Shown here: positions 46,758 to 56,000 of the stretch, one piece after another
How the letters are laid out: each line of letters begins with the position of its first letter
How positions within the stretch are numbered: the first letter of the stretch is position 1
Origin: a virus
Taxonomy: Duplodnaviria; Heunggongvirae; Uroviricota; Caudoviricetes
DNA length: 64,000 bases
Direction: 5' to 3' (one strand)
IMG/VR virus record: IMGVR_UViG_3300038393_003162
Location: 84,407 to 148,406 of that record
Notes under the pieces: model-generated
The model's database searches: none
What the model saw: only the letters and a program-made list of their open reading frames with translations
Told to the model about the DNA's origin: nothing
Program-made: the position numbers and the translations under genes

Positions 46758-47426
46758 CTATTTCGGGAAAAACATTGAATCCATCGAAGCCACCGAATCC
46801 TGAATTCTTGCATATACAGTCGTAGCGTGAGCATAGGAGTCATTTCCTTGACTCTCCATCTCCTGGCAGACACGCTTGATGATCTCGACCTTCCTGCTTT
46901 CCATCGCTTCGAAGATCGGCATTCCTTTGGCGAAATACTTCCTCGCATATCGTTGCTTTTCGGCAACATCGCGGTCGGTAATCAGGAAATTGCGGACGTT
47001 ACAAATCCGATCGGCTATCTTGACGATCAGAGACTCGATATCGGTCTTATTGGAGTCTAAAAACGTTGACAAATAAGCATTTTTAGACTCCGACTGAAAT
47101 GTCATCTGGCAGACGCGATTAGCCAAGACTGCACCGAGATCGGGATCGGTCGAAATTTGGTCATAGGTAATCCCTTCATCTTCGACTGAATCGTGCAGCC
47201 ACGCCAGGGCGAGGATGTCGGGATAGCGATCAGCATCGAATCCCCATTCCCAGAGTTGGGCGACGACTTCCGCACAGTGGACGATATAATTCGGTCCACT
47301 GTGCGACTTGCCATCCCTGCCCTTCCTGAATTGCATGGTGTGGGCTTCAACCGCAAGCCACATCGCCTTGTTCAAAATGATCTTGCTTCGGTCTGGGACT
47401 ACTTCAGACATTGGTTGCGAATCCAT
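46758..47426 (-). CDS. HD-domain hydrolase, Mesh1/SpoT-type alarmone hydrolase-like
   Basis: AVEAHTMQFRK, YIVHCAEV, AWLHDSVED, VKIADRICN. Confidence 0.8.
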   Translation of the reverse strand: MDSQPMSEVVPDRSKIILNKAMWLAVEAHTMQFRKGRDGKSHSGPNYIVHCAEVVAQLWEWGFDADRYPDILALAWLHDSVEDEGITYDQISTDPDLGAVLANRVCQMTFQSESKNAYLSTFLDSNKTDIESLIVKIADRICNVRNFLITDRDVAEKQRYARKYFAKGMPIFEAMESRKVEIIKRVCQEMESQGNDSYAHATTVYARIQDSVASMDSMFFPK

Positions 47427-48162
47427 TCTCGGGACCGATTAAGTTAAGATTCTCGTCAAAATCTACGTAACAATTTTCATACTCTCCCCAGAACATATTA
47501 CTTCTGAACATGTCTAGGTAAATGAATTTGGTTCCTTTAACCGTATCGGTCCAGGGAAAATGGTAATGACCACAAATCCAATGCCTAGGCTGATGAATAT
47601 CAAACATCGCCTGAAGAGCTTTATTGGTTCTGGTCTCGATAGGACCGTCAGAAGAATAACCGAAATTCTCGGCGAATGAAGGGTCGGTTACGTAGGGGAC
47701 GAGTTCTAAGATACCTTCGTGAGTGATCACGAATTCAGGCTTGGTCTGAGCGTAGAGTTCGGTCGCTACCTCAAATTGATCCGCAGACAACTCTTCTTCT
47801 ACCCACCATATCGGCGGATTTTTCTTGTTATATGGGTATCCCTGATGCTTCTTTCGCCACATATGGTCTATTGACCACGCGCCACGAACATAGAAGATCG
47901 GCGGGAATCCGGGGATCTCGTGAAGACCAAAGTCTTCAAGGAATATCGGATGTTTCTTAAAATAATTCGGCGAATCATGCTCGTAAACGTCGTGATTGCC
48001 GCCTATGGCTCGATGCCGAGTGGTATCTATACCTGCTTGATTCAGGTCGGTGTAATCCATTCCTAGATCACCGACCTGAATCGAGTAATCGACATTTTCT
48101 AAGCAAGGCAAATACAATTCATACCGTTGATGCACGTCGCCTAAGACTCTTAACTTAGGCAT
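47404..48162 (-). CDS. Calcineurin-like metallophosphoesterase
   Basis: GDVH, GDLG, GNHD, THE, GHYH. Confidence 0.85.
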   Translation of the reverse strand: MPKLRVLGDVHQRYELYLPCLENVDYSIQVGDLGMDYTDLNQAGIDTTRHRAIGGNHDVYEHDSPNYFKKHPIFLEDFGLHEIPGFPPIFYVRGAWSIDHMWRKKHQGYPYNKKNPPIWWVEEELSADQFEVATELYAQTKPEFVITHEGILELVPYVTDPSFAENFGYSSDGPIETRTNKALQAMFDIHQPRHWICGHYHFPWTDTVKGTKFIYLDMFRSNMFWGEYENCYVDFDENLNLIGPENGFATNV

Positions 48163-48186
48163 ATTTACTCACTAATTTCTTTTCTA

Positions 48187-48609
48187 TTATCGATTCTTAT
48201 GCCAATTCACGTCCCACGTAGTTCCGATGTGGGAGAGATTGTTGACGGACTGCTGGTAGACATAGGTCAAAGCCTCAGTGATCTGAGGCTCATTGGCGTC
48301 TTCGGGCGTGACCGACTCGATGGCGACGACGCCTCGGTCGTAGAGCCAGGGGACGCCTTCGATGCCGTCGAGCGTGTGGTCGAGCAGGCTCTTGTCAGCT
48401 TCGTACAACTCGCCGAGGACGCCAGTTTGCTCCTCCTCGGAACGCGCCTTGACCAGTGCCGGAAACGAACCGCAACTGAACAGGGTCCAATCCTTGGTGG
48501 TCTTCACCGTGCCGATGAACCTGGCACCTTCGAGGGCGTGATGGCGAATATCGCCCCGCTTGAGTGTGCCATAGACCATAATCACAACCTTGTCGTTCTT
48601 TTCATCCAT
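48187..48609 (-). CDS. Gamma-glutamylcyclotransferase (AIG2-like)
   Basis: VYGTLKRG, GELYE, LDGIEG. Confidence 0.85.
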   Translation of the reverse strand: MDEKNDKVVIMVYGTLKRGDIRHHALEGARFIGTVKTTKDWTLFSCGSFPALVKARSEEEQTGVLGELYEADKSLLDHTLDGIEGVPWLYDRGVVAIESVTPEDANEPQITEALTYVYQQSVNNLSHIGTTWDVNWHKNR

Positions 48610-48697
48610 GGTACTTGTCCTGCGATCCCTGAAGAAATTTGATATTGCCGTCAAGAAGGTCAATCATACCAAGATAAGGGTCGATAGTCAAGACGAA

Positions 48698-49963
48698 TTA
48701 GGCTGCCGAATCGACGATCATGTCGGGACGAATATCTTCCTTCCCGATGAGATATTCCGCGCCAGGGTTGTCGGAAAGATTGTACATCATTTCGACCATG
48801 ATGCCTTCGATGATCTGCCTCAACGCCCTTGCCCCTGTTCCACGTTCCTTGGCGAGCTTGGCGATTTCCAGTACCGCCTCATCGGTAAACTCCAACTTTG
48901 CCTGATCGTAATGAAAGAGCTTCTTGTACTGCTTGATAAGTGCATCTTGAGGTTCGGTGAGGATTTTGACGAGGTCGGCTTCGGAGAGTTGCTGGAGGGA
49001 GGCGACGACGGGGAGCCTGCCCACGAGTTCTGGGATCAAGCCGAAACGTTCCAGGTCATCGGGAGTGACTTGTGCGAGCAATTCATTCCGTTCCTCTTCT
49101 TCCGACGACCTAACAGGCTTGATATCGAAGCCCATGGTCCCTCGCCCCAAACGTTTTCTGATAATCTCTTCCAGTCCCACGAAGGTCCCACCACAGATAA
49201 ATAAAATATTAGTTGTATCCATCTTGATGAATTGCTGCTCGGGATGCTTACGCCCACCTTGAGGTGGCACATTCGCCACGGTCCCTTCCAGCATCTTCAG
49301 GAGTGCCTGCTGAACTCCTTCGCCGGATACGTCGCGGGTGATCGACACATTCTGTGAGGTCTTGCCGATCTTATCAATTTCATCAATATACAAAATACCA
49401 TGTTCGGCAGCTTCGAGGTCAAAATCAGCGGCATGGAGCAACTTCAGCAGCAGGTTTTCCACGTCTTCTCCGACATAGCCTGCCTCGGTCAGCGTGGTAG
49501 CATCGCCGATGGCGAAGGGGACATTGAGTTTCTTCGCCAGGGTTCTTGCAAGGTAAGTCTTGCCTGATCCGGTCGGTCCGATCATCAGGACATTGCTCTT
49601 GTCGATCTGAACGTTAGCGAATTCCTCGCTACAGTCGAAGTTTTCAGGAGCTAAAATCCGCTTGTAGTGGTTGACGACGGCAACCGCCAGTATCTTCTTT
49701 GCTTTTTTCTGTCCGATGATGTGCTTGTCCAGTCCTGCGACCAACTCCTTGGGCGTCGGCACCTTGCCGACATTGTGCTTAATGATATGAAGACTTTTGA
49801 CAAGTTCGAAAGCAAAACCAATACAATTGGCGCAAATATAAGCATCCTGCGACCTGAAACCTTTTGCCCTGAGGGCTTTCCCTTCCACAAGCGGACCGGC
49901 TACCTTATCGCTCTCACCGCAAAAGTCGCAAAAAGTTTCCTTCTTCTGTTTCTTCGAGGGCAT
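48698..49963 (-). CDS. clpX: ATP-dependent Clp protease ATP-binding subunit ClpX
   Basis: Zn finger CDFC...[49 protein letters not shown]. Confidence 0.97.
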   Translation of the reverse strand: MPSKKQKKETFCDFCGESDKVAGPLVEGKALRAKGFRSQDAYICANCIGFAFELVKSLHIIKHNVGKVPTPKELVAGLDKHIIGQKKAKKILAVAVVNHYKRILAPENFDCSEEFANVQIDKSNVLMIGPTGSGKTYLARTLAKKLNVPFAIGDATTLTEAGYVGEDVENLLLKLLHAADFDLEAAEHGILYIDEIDKIGKTSQNVSITRDVSGEGVQQALLKMLEGTVANVPPQGGRKHPEQQFIKMDTTNILFICGGTFVGLEEIIRKRLGRGTMGFDIKPVRSSEEEERNELLAQVTPDDLERFGLIPELVGRLPVVASLQQLSEADLVKILTEPQDALIKQYKKLFHYDQAKLEFTDEAVLEIAKLAKERGTGARALRQIIEGIMVEMMYNLSDNPGAEYLIGKEDIRPDMIVDSAA

Positions 49964-50731
49964 TTAATTCCTTTTCTCTAAATACGTAGACCACCTGCGA
50001 CGAATATACTCATGGTTGCGTTCAAAGGTCCCTTTAACATAGTTTCCTAGCTCTCGATGTACTTCCAGAATTGTTTTATTTCCGTGGTGGACCACCAAAT
50101 CCGCGTGGAGAGAATAGATTTTCTCGCCTGCTTCTTTCAGCCTTAGCGAGAAATCGCTGTCCTCGCCATAGGCGAAATCTAGATTGGTCTCATCGAACAG
50201 CCCGTGCTTCCAGTAGGTCTTTCGAGGAATGCAGAAACACCAACCGCAGATGAAATCCGGGTCGTAGCCGAATGCAGCCTCGGTGCCTTGTCCTTCCTTG
50301 TTTAACATCGACCCGCAGTAACCCACCTGGGCAACCTCAGGATTGAGTTCCAGGAAGTTGACCATTGCGAGGTCCCAGCCCGGCTTTACTTCGGTATCCG
50401 AATTCAAGCAAATGATGTAGGGCGATTGGGCTTGCTTGGCGAGGTAATTATTAGGTTCGATGAATCCATTGTTGGTGCCGACATATTCGTGGACCAACTT
50501 ACCCTGGTCGTCCAAGTCGGCGAGATAATCCCTGGTCGGAGGGGCTGAGCCATTGTCGTAGACCCGGAGAATGTAATTCTCCGTATTCTCAAATATAGAC
50601 TCTATACACTTTTGAACATAATATAATTGGTCATGGACGACAATCAATATGTCCTTGTAAGTGTTGTTGGGTATTGCGGCAATCGACAGTTCTTCGATGA
50701 TTTGGTCTCTATACTTCTGGATTTTTGTCAT
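49964..50731 (-). CDS. Glycosyltransferase family 2
   Basis: ILIVVHDQ, YDNGS, LNSDT, YGEDSDFSLR. Confidence 0.85.
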   Translation of the reverse strand: MTKIQKYRDQIIEELSIAAIPNNTYKDILIVVHDQLYYVQKCIESIFENTENYILRVYDNGSAPPTRDYLADLDDQGKLVHEYVGTNNGFIEPNNYLAKQAQSPYIICLNSDTEVKPGWDLAMVNFLELNPEVAQVGYCGSMLNKEGQGTEAAFGYDPDFICGWCFCIPRKTYWKHGLFDETNLDFAYGEDSDFSLRLKEAGEKIYSLHADLVVHHGNKTILEVHRELGNYVKGTFERNHEYIRRRWSTYLEKRN

Positions 50732-51095
50732 TCCTCTTGCTTGGCTTAACCAGCCAACTTTCCTGTCCCATGGTTAAATAGATGCATTCCTCATCGATAA
50801 AATAGCATACTTCCGAAAGAAAGTCGATGAATTCGCAGACTCGGTCTTTGCCGTCGAACGACACCACGTACTTCACGTTTCGGTCGTCGAAGATGGGACT
50901 GTTGAAATCCCGTCTCCAGAACCCCTGAATCTCGCTGTTCTCGAATGTATAGGCGTTGTAATTCGAAATGAAAAAGTCGTGGAGCATCTGTTTGATGCTC
51001 CCGACCTTCTTCTCAGGCACGTAAAAAGTCGCAATCCGTCCCGCATATTCCAAATTCGGATGGGTCCGAATGGAATTTTTAACAATTTTGACCAT
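50709..51095 (-). CDS. Hypothetical protein
   Basis: 128 aa. Confidence 0.6.
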   Translation of the reverse strand: MVKIVKNSIRTHPNLEYAGRIATFYVPEKKVGSIKQMLHDFFISNYNAYTFENSEIQGFWRRDFNSPIFDDRNVKYVVSFDGKDRVCEFIDFLSEVCYFIDEECIYLTMGQESWLVKPSKRNDKNPEV

Positions 51096-51136
51096 ATGCT
51101 AATACACTCATTGTTTTACAAAGAATAGAATTGATT

Positions 51137-51859
51137 TCAGATTTTGTTGCGGAGTATTTTGTGAACCCTGGCAGCGGCGAGATGGATGAATTCGTTAAAA
51201 TCCTTGTCCAGCATCAGCGGCAGGTCGCTGAACATGATCTGGATTTGCGCGATCTCATCGCAGTTATTCAGCCTGGTCCTGGAAGACACGAAGGCTTCGG
51301 ACCGGTCATCATCGAGCCGAACGGTCCTATAAGCGATCTGAGTCTTTCTGAACTGGAGACCGGCTTGGATACCTTTGTGGAAGGGTGGGCGCACGTTAGG
51401 CGGCATCACGATATCTCTGGGACCAAAGGGAGAAATCGCAATATCTTCGGACTTTGCCTCTTCGAGCTTGCGATTAAGCATGACTCCTTTGTAGATTTGA
51501 GACTTGGTGATGATGACCTCGGAAAGCGTGTGTTCCACGGTGCGTGACCGATGCGTCTCCATCGACTCTTCTTCGAGAATAATGCCTACCACATTATTGA
51601 TGGTCGCAATCTCGACCGAGTAGACGTGCTTGGCGGCACGAATTGGGGTTGGGGACATGTTGCGGGTGCTCATGCCCATGAGCATGAGATGCCTGATGTG
51701 CCTCACGTACTCGAAGGCTTCCTTCTTGTCCACCAGGTCTTGGGAGACCCAGAATATCCACCCCAATGTCTTGTGGAAATCGGTACAGAGTGAACCTTTC
51801 TGATAAGACTCCGGGTCGAATCCCAAGGGATTATAAGGATTAATGGGAAGGTCACTCAT
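51137..51859 (-). CDS. Hypothetical protein
   Basis: 240 aa. Confidence 0.65.
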   Translation of the reverse strand: MSDLPINPYNPLGFDPESYQKGSLCTDFHKTLGWIFWVSQDLVDKKEAFEYVRHIRHLMLMGMSTRNMSPTPIRAAKHVYSVEIATINNVVGIILEEESMETHRSRTVEHTLSEVIITKSQIYKGVMLNRKLEEAKSEDIAISPFGPRDIVMPPNVRPPFHKGIQAGLQFRKTQIAYRTVRLDDDRSEAFVSSRTRLNNCDEIAQIQIMFSDLPLMLDKDFNEFIHLAAARVHKILRNKI

Positions 51860-51928
51860 GGCACGCCTCAGAGATATGTGGGTTGTATCAACTGGTCCGG
51901 TTATCCGGACCAGTTGATTTTTTGCGGC

Positions 51929-52282
51929 TTAGCTATTGAGAGTTTTTTTGTTGAGAGCTTTTTGAATGATGTCTTGGAGTCGGTAGGGGAACGCGGGAGG
52001 CACGGTGCCGATGGGGTAGTTCTCATCGGCTTCGATGACCACTGGCTTCCCGTGGGCTTGCGCGAGTCCTTCGGGGACGAGACGAGCGTTCATGACATCG
52101 CCGACAAACGCATGAGATGGCTGGAATTCGTGTGCCAAGACCATATGATCCAGATTATCCGGAATGATATAAACTCGACCACTGTCGAAGCTCAGTTGGA
52201 CTTTGTACTTGGGACCATTACCCACGGCTGGTCCTTGGGGGTAGTGGGCTTTTCCACAGAATGCACACTGCGTATCTGGCAT
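51929..52282 (-). CDS. Hypothetical protein
   Basis: CAFCG zinc motif; SD AGGAG. Confidence 0.6.
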   Translation of the reverse strand: MPDTQCAFCGKAHYPQGPAVGNGPKYKVQLSFDSGRVYIIPDNLDHMVLAHEFQPSHAFVGDVMNARLVPEGLAQAHGKPVVIEADENYPIGTVPPAFPYRLQDIIQKALNKKTLNS

Positions 52283-52434
52283 GACTGTCGCTCCTGGTTA
52301 TGGACGTGTTATCAAGAATATACTATATCAAAAACCACGGGACATTGGAAGTCAGAACTGATAATTTTTGTAGACTAAAAAACAAAATCCTTACTCTCTT
52401 AACATCGTAACCAAATCATCAGAAAGGACATGTG

Positions 52435-52620
52435 ATGTTGGTATTAAGTCGTAAGATGAATGAGAAGATTAAGTTGGATGTCGAAGGATTGGAAGCTCCT
52501 ATTGAGGTGACCGTCGTCAAGATCGACAAGAACAAGGTACGAATCGGGATTGAGGCTGACCGCAAGGTCATTGTAGTCCGATCGGAACTCACAGATAACG
52601 TCAATCGCGTTGCTGGCTAA
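52435..52620 (+). CDS. csrA: Carbon storage regulator CsrA/RsmA homolog (copy 1)
   Basis: MLVLSRKMNEKI...VTVVKIDKNKVRIGIEADRKVIVVRSEL. Confidence 0.9.
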   Translation: MLVLSRKMNEKIKLDVEGLEAPIEVTVVKIDKNKVRIGIEADRKVIVVRSELTDNVNRVAG

Positions 52621-52623
52621 TAG

Positions 52624-52655
52624 AAAAGCCCCTGGTAAATAACCAGGGGCTTTTT
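52624..52655. terminator. Bidirectional intrinsic terminator
   Basis: AAAAGCCCCTGGT-AAATA-ACCAGGGGCTTTTT. Confidence 0.85.
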
Positions 52656-52658
52656 GTT

Positions 52659-53930
52659 TCACGGCTTGACATTCTGAAGCAGGTCGTTGATGCTCCCGTT
52701 GGTGTGGGTCTCCTTGATGGCTCGACCGAAGATTGGAGCCACATCGACGAAGGTGATCTTTTCGTAGATCGGCGTATTCTCGATCCGCCATGGATCAACG
52801 GTCAGGGTTCCGACGAGACGATTGAGCCCCTTGAGGTTCTCGACGGCATCCCCCGTGAACAATCCGTTGGTGTAGCAAGCAGCATGGAAAATGCCACCCC
52901 GCAATTCGACCGCCTCTGCGACATGCTTGAGGGTTCCTCCGGTCGCCAGGATGTCATCTGGCGAGATCACGTACGCCCCGTCTTCCCTTCCCCGACCTTC
53001 CCGTGGACCGATCGGATAGAGTGGTTCCTCGATCAAGGTCGTGATCTTGCTGTGGGTGTCGCCGGTGCGGACTTTGCGAGCAATCGCGAATCCCACTTCC
53101 CGACCCAACAATCCAGCAACCACCTCCTGAAACTTCGGTGCCGATCGCTTGCTTGACCCGATGTCGGGAGCCGCGACCACGACTCTGGCACCATCTGGGA
53201 TACCTTTGACTGCCTCGTGCGCCAGAAGGCACCTAGCCTCCAGGTGATCGAAGCCGATGCCAGCCCCGGCGCAGGCATTCTGCATGCCGCCCTTGGAATG
53301 GACATCCATCGTGATCACTCGATGAATGCCAGCCGCCTTCATCTGAATTGCGAATGCCGAAGTATCAATGGGAGCGCGGGGTTGGTCCTTCTCGTCCTGT
53401 CGCATATACGGCAACATCGTCCCGACCAAAGTGATCTCGCCGCAAGATGCCGTCTTCAGGCTATGAGCGAACAAGATCGTCCCCCATATCTTCTCGTCGA
53501 CCGTTTCGCCGAGGACATGGAGGCACTGCAGGGATTCATCGACTGGCAATTCGAAGACCTGTTTCGCCTTGTCGAATCGGACACAGAGATTCTCGTCATT
53601 CCACCATGCCGTCCCCACAGCATTCAGTGGGACCGATTCGGGGATGATGGAACCGCGTTGCTTGAGCTTGACGCGAAGGTGACTGGCACAAGTCGGTTCC
53701 AGAGCACCCACGACATTATCGGTCGCGAATGACTGGACGATGTAAACTTTCCGCCCTCGCACGTTCGAAAGGGACAAGGCATACTGCTCTCTGTCATGCC
53801 TTCGCCATTCTTCCTTGGGCGTGAGGTGGAAATCATTGATCCAATTGGTTCGAATCCATTGTTCGATTCCTTGGGCGATTCCCGTGGCACCGTCCATTGC
53901 AAATACGACCGGACGTTGATCTCCGTTCAC
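52659..53930 (-). CDS. prs: Ribose-phosphate pyrophosphokinase-family protein with internal insertion
   Basis: VYIVQS, LPYMRQD, MDVHS, APDIG, DDILATGGTL. Confidence 0.85.
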   Translation of the reverse strand: MNGDQRPVVFAMDGATGIAQGIEQWIRTNWINDFHLTPKEEWRRHDREQYALSLSNVRGRKVYIVQSFATDNVVGALEPTCASHLRVKLKQRGSIIPESVPLNAVGTAWWNDENLCVRFDKAKQVFELPVDESLQCLHVLGETVDEKIWGTILFAHSLKTASCGEITLVGTMLPYMRQDEKDQPRAPIDTSAFAIQMKAAGIHRVITMDVHSKGGMQNACAGAGIGFDHLEARCLLAHEAVKGIPDGARVVVAAPDIGSSKRSAPKFQEVVAGLLGREVGFAIARKVRTGDTHSKITTLIEEPLYPIGPREGRGREDGAYVISPDDILATGGTLKHVAEAVELRGGIFHAACYTNGLFTGDAVENLKGLNRLVGTLTVDPWRIENTPIYEKITFVDVAPIFGRAIKETHTNGSINDLLQNVKP

Positions 53931-54017
53931 GGCATCCCCTCATGAGAAAAAACAGAGAGACTAGACTCAGCATAACTATATCGGGATCGAATTCCGATGT
54001 AAACCAAAATCCCGCCA

Positions 54018-54950
54018 TTAAACTTGAAGGTAGGCAGCTTCAGCTACATTAGACATCAACATGCTCACAGTCATGGGTCCTACGCCCCCGGTACACGGCG
54101 TCACCGCTGCGACGGTCTCACGCACCTCGGGATGAACATCGCCAACAATCTTTCCGTCGACCTTGCTTACCCCTACGTCGATCACCGTTTGTCCGGCACG
54201 AACATAGTTTCGGTCCAGGAAATGAGCCTTCCCGACAGCTACAACAACGATATCAGCATCTCTACAAATGCTCTTGACATCCGTAGAATTACTCCGATGA
54301 TGGCAGATCGAGACGGTCGCACCTTCCATGCTGAGCAATAATGCCAAGGGTTTGCCGACGATGTCGCTGTTGTTGACGACCGCGACTTTCCGTGCCACCA
54401 GAGGCACATTCGATTGCTTGAGTAATTCAATGATCCCTGCCGGTGTGCAAGGGAGGAAGCGAGGACGCCCTTGGGATACAAGCCCAACATTCTCAGGATG
54501 GAAACAGTCCACATCCTTCAAGGGAGGGACTTCGCTGTAGAAATATCTCTGGTCAACGACATCCTTGACCGGCAACTGGACGATGATCCCATCGTAGTAA
54601 GTCTGCCCTTTCTTGCGACTCATGGAACTCATCTCGGACAGTTTCCATCGCACATAGTCAAAAGGATTATAATCCCTGATTGGTCCATGTTCGGGCAACA
54701 CGGCATCGGGATATCGCCGTTCCCAATGTCTCGGATTTCGCCATTGCCAGACACTACATTGGATACCAACAGCCTTACATGCGAGAACTTTGTGACGGAC
54801 ATAAGCTTCGCTGGCAGGGTTATTGTTAGCAAGAATGATGCCCAATGTCGGGATAATTCCATGTTTTTCTTTGAGCTTGACTGCTCGTGCCTTGACTCGT
54901 TCCAAAATCTGGGAAGCAATCGGTTTGCCGTCAATGATCTTGCAAGACAT
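54018..54950 (-). CDS. folD: Bifunctional methylenetetrahydrofolate dehydrogenase/cyclohydrolase
   Basis: IIDGKPIA, AYVRHK, GIIVQLP, KDVDCFHP, PCTPAG, IVGKPL, VIDVG, GGVGPMT. Confidence 0.93.
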   Translation of the reverse strand: MSCKIIDGKPIASQILERVKARAVKLKEKHGIIPTLGIILANNNPASEAYVRHKVLACKAVGIQCSVWQWRNPRHWERRYPDAVLPEHGPIRDYNPFDYVRWKLSEMSSMSRKKGQTYYDGIIVQLPVKDVVDQRYFYSEVPPLKDVDCFHPENVGLVSQGRPRFLPCTPAGIIELLKQSNVPLVARKVAVVNNSDIVGKPLALLLSMEGATVSICHHRSNSTDVKSICRDADIVVVAVGKAHFLDRNYVRAGQTVIDVGVSKVDGKIVGDVHPEVRETVAAVTPCTGGVGPMTVSMLMSNVAEAAYLQV

Positions 54951-54960
54951 GACAATATCC

Positions 54961-55494
54961 TTACTTAATCTTGGACACGACTAATTCCTTGATCGCGACG
55001 AAGTCCTTGGTAGGCATGACGTGGACCCGCTCGTAAGGGATACAGCATTTGACCATGTCCCGGATCAAGCCGTCAATCTCTATCGCTGTTTCCAGGGTTT
55101 GATATCGTCCCTTATCGACGTATTTGATTCCGGTTCGGTCAAGGATGATGTTCAACGAGGGGAATTCTGATTCGAAGTCTTCAATAAAGCCGAGGAGTCG
55201 TTCCCATCCTTTGAAGCCATACTGCTTGGCGTAAACGGCAGGGAGGAGGATAGGACTATCGGTGATGATATGCTTGACGTGCTGAAGTTTAACATCTTCT
55301 TGGTGAAGTTGCTGGGCGAAGATGTAGAGTTGGTCGAACGAGATGGGGTGCCGTCCTTGGTACGCCCATTTCTTAATGTATTCTCCTACGTGTTCTACTT
55401 CATGACCTTCAGCAGCAAGTTCCCCGAATAATTTCGCTGCTAAAGCTGTTTTGCCCGAACCGGGACCGCCGAGTAAATTGATGCGACGAATCAT
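54961..55494 (-). CDS. P-loop nucleoside/nucleotide kinase, NadR-kinase-like
   Basis: INLLGGPGSGKT, EYIK, IITDSP. Confidence 0.7.
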   Translation of the reverse strand: MIRRINLLGGPGSGKTALAAKLFGELAAEGHEVEHVGEYIKKWAYQGRHPISFDQLYIFAQQLHQEDVKLQHVKHIITDSPILLPAVYAKQYGFKGWERLLGFIEDFESEFPSLNIILDRTGIKYVDKGRYQTLETAIEIDGLIRDMVKCCIPYERVHVMPTKDFVAIKELVVSKIK

Positions 55495-55560
55495 GCCATA
55501 AACCTTCGATTCACCTTAATAATCTGATCCAAACGAAGGTCTATTCTAGCATAAATCAGG

Positions 55561-55884
55561 TCATTTGAGAATGCCAAGTTCCTTGATCGCTTTGCGGAAC
55601 TCGTCGATGGAGTATTCGTTGTTCATCATGAAGGCTTCGACTAGCACGGCTTCTGATTCTTTGAGTTTGATGGCTTTCGCAATACGATCCAGGTTGTCGG
55701 GTTTTTGCCGAAGAACCATCCACGCGGCACTCATAACTCGATTATATTGCGAGGTATCGAGGTCGCTATTACACACGCTGCAGAATGCGATGCCATCGCT
55801 CAGTCCGGATGGCAAATTATGACCACATGTCGGACATAAAAAAATCATATAAACTTTTTCTTTCTCTAAAATAGGTTTAACCAA
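55561..55884 (-). CDS. Zinc-ribbon hypothetical protein
   Basis: CPTCG...FCSVC. Confidence 0.6.
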   Translation of the reverse strand: MVKPILEKEKVYMIFLCPTCGHNLPSGLSDGIAFCSVCNSDLDTSQYNRVMSAAWMVLRQKPDNLDRIAKAIKLKESEAVLVEAFMMNNEYSIDEFRKAIKELGILK

Positions 55885-56000
55885 TGTCGCCTATATGAGT
55901 TAGTTAATTCTTTTTCAATCTAACAAAAAACTCCTGCTGGAAATGCTTGCCAGCAGGAGTTCGGACCAGAGTTTAATTGTCACGATGATCGACGGTCGTC

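Noticed and set aside
46677-46760. Amber-readthrough fusion of the HD protein to the downstream membrane protein
   Set aside because: In frame, but an intervening TAA blocks it.
52659-53930. Intein in Prs
   Set aside because: The insert lacks an N-terminal Cys/Ser block and a C-terminal His-Asn, and is too short.
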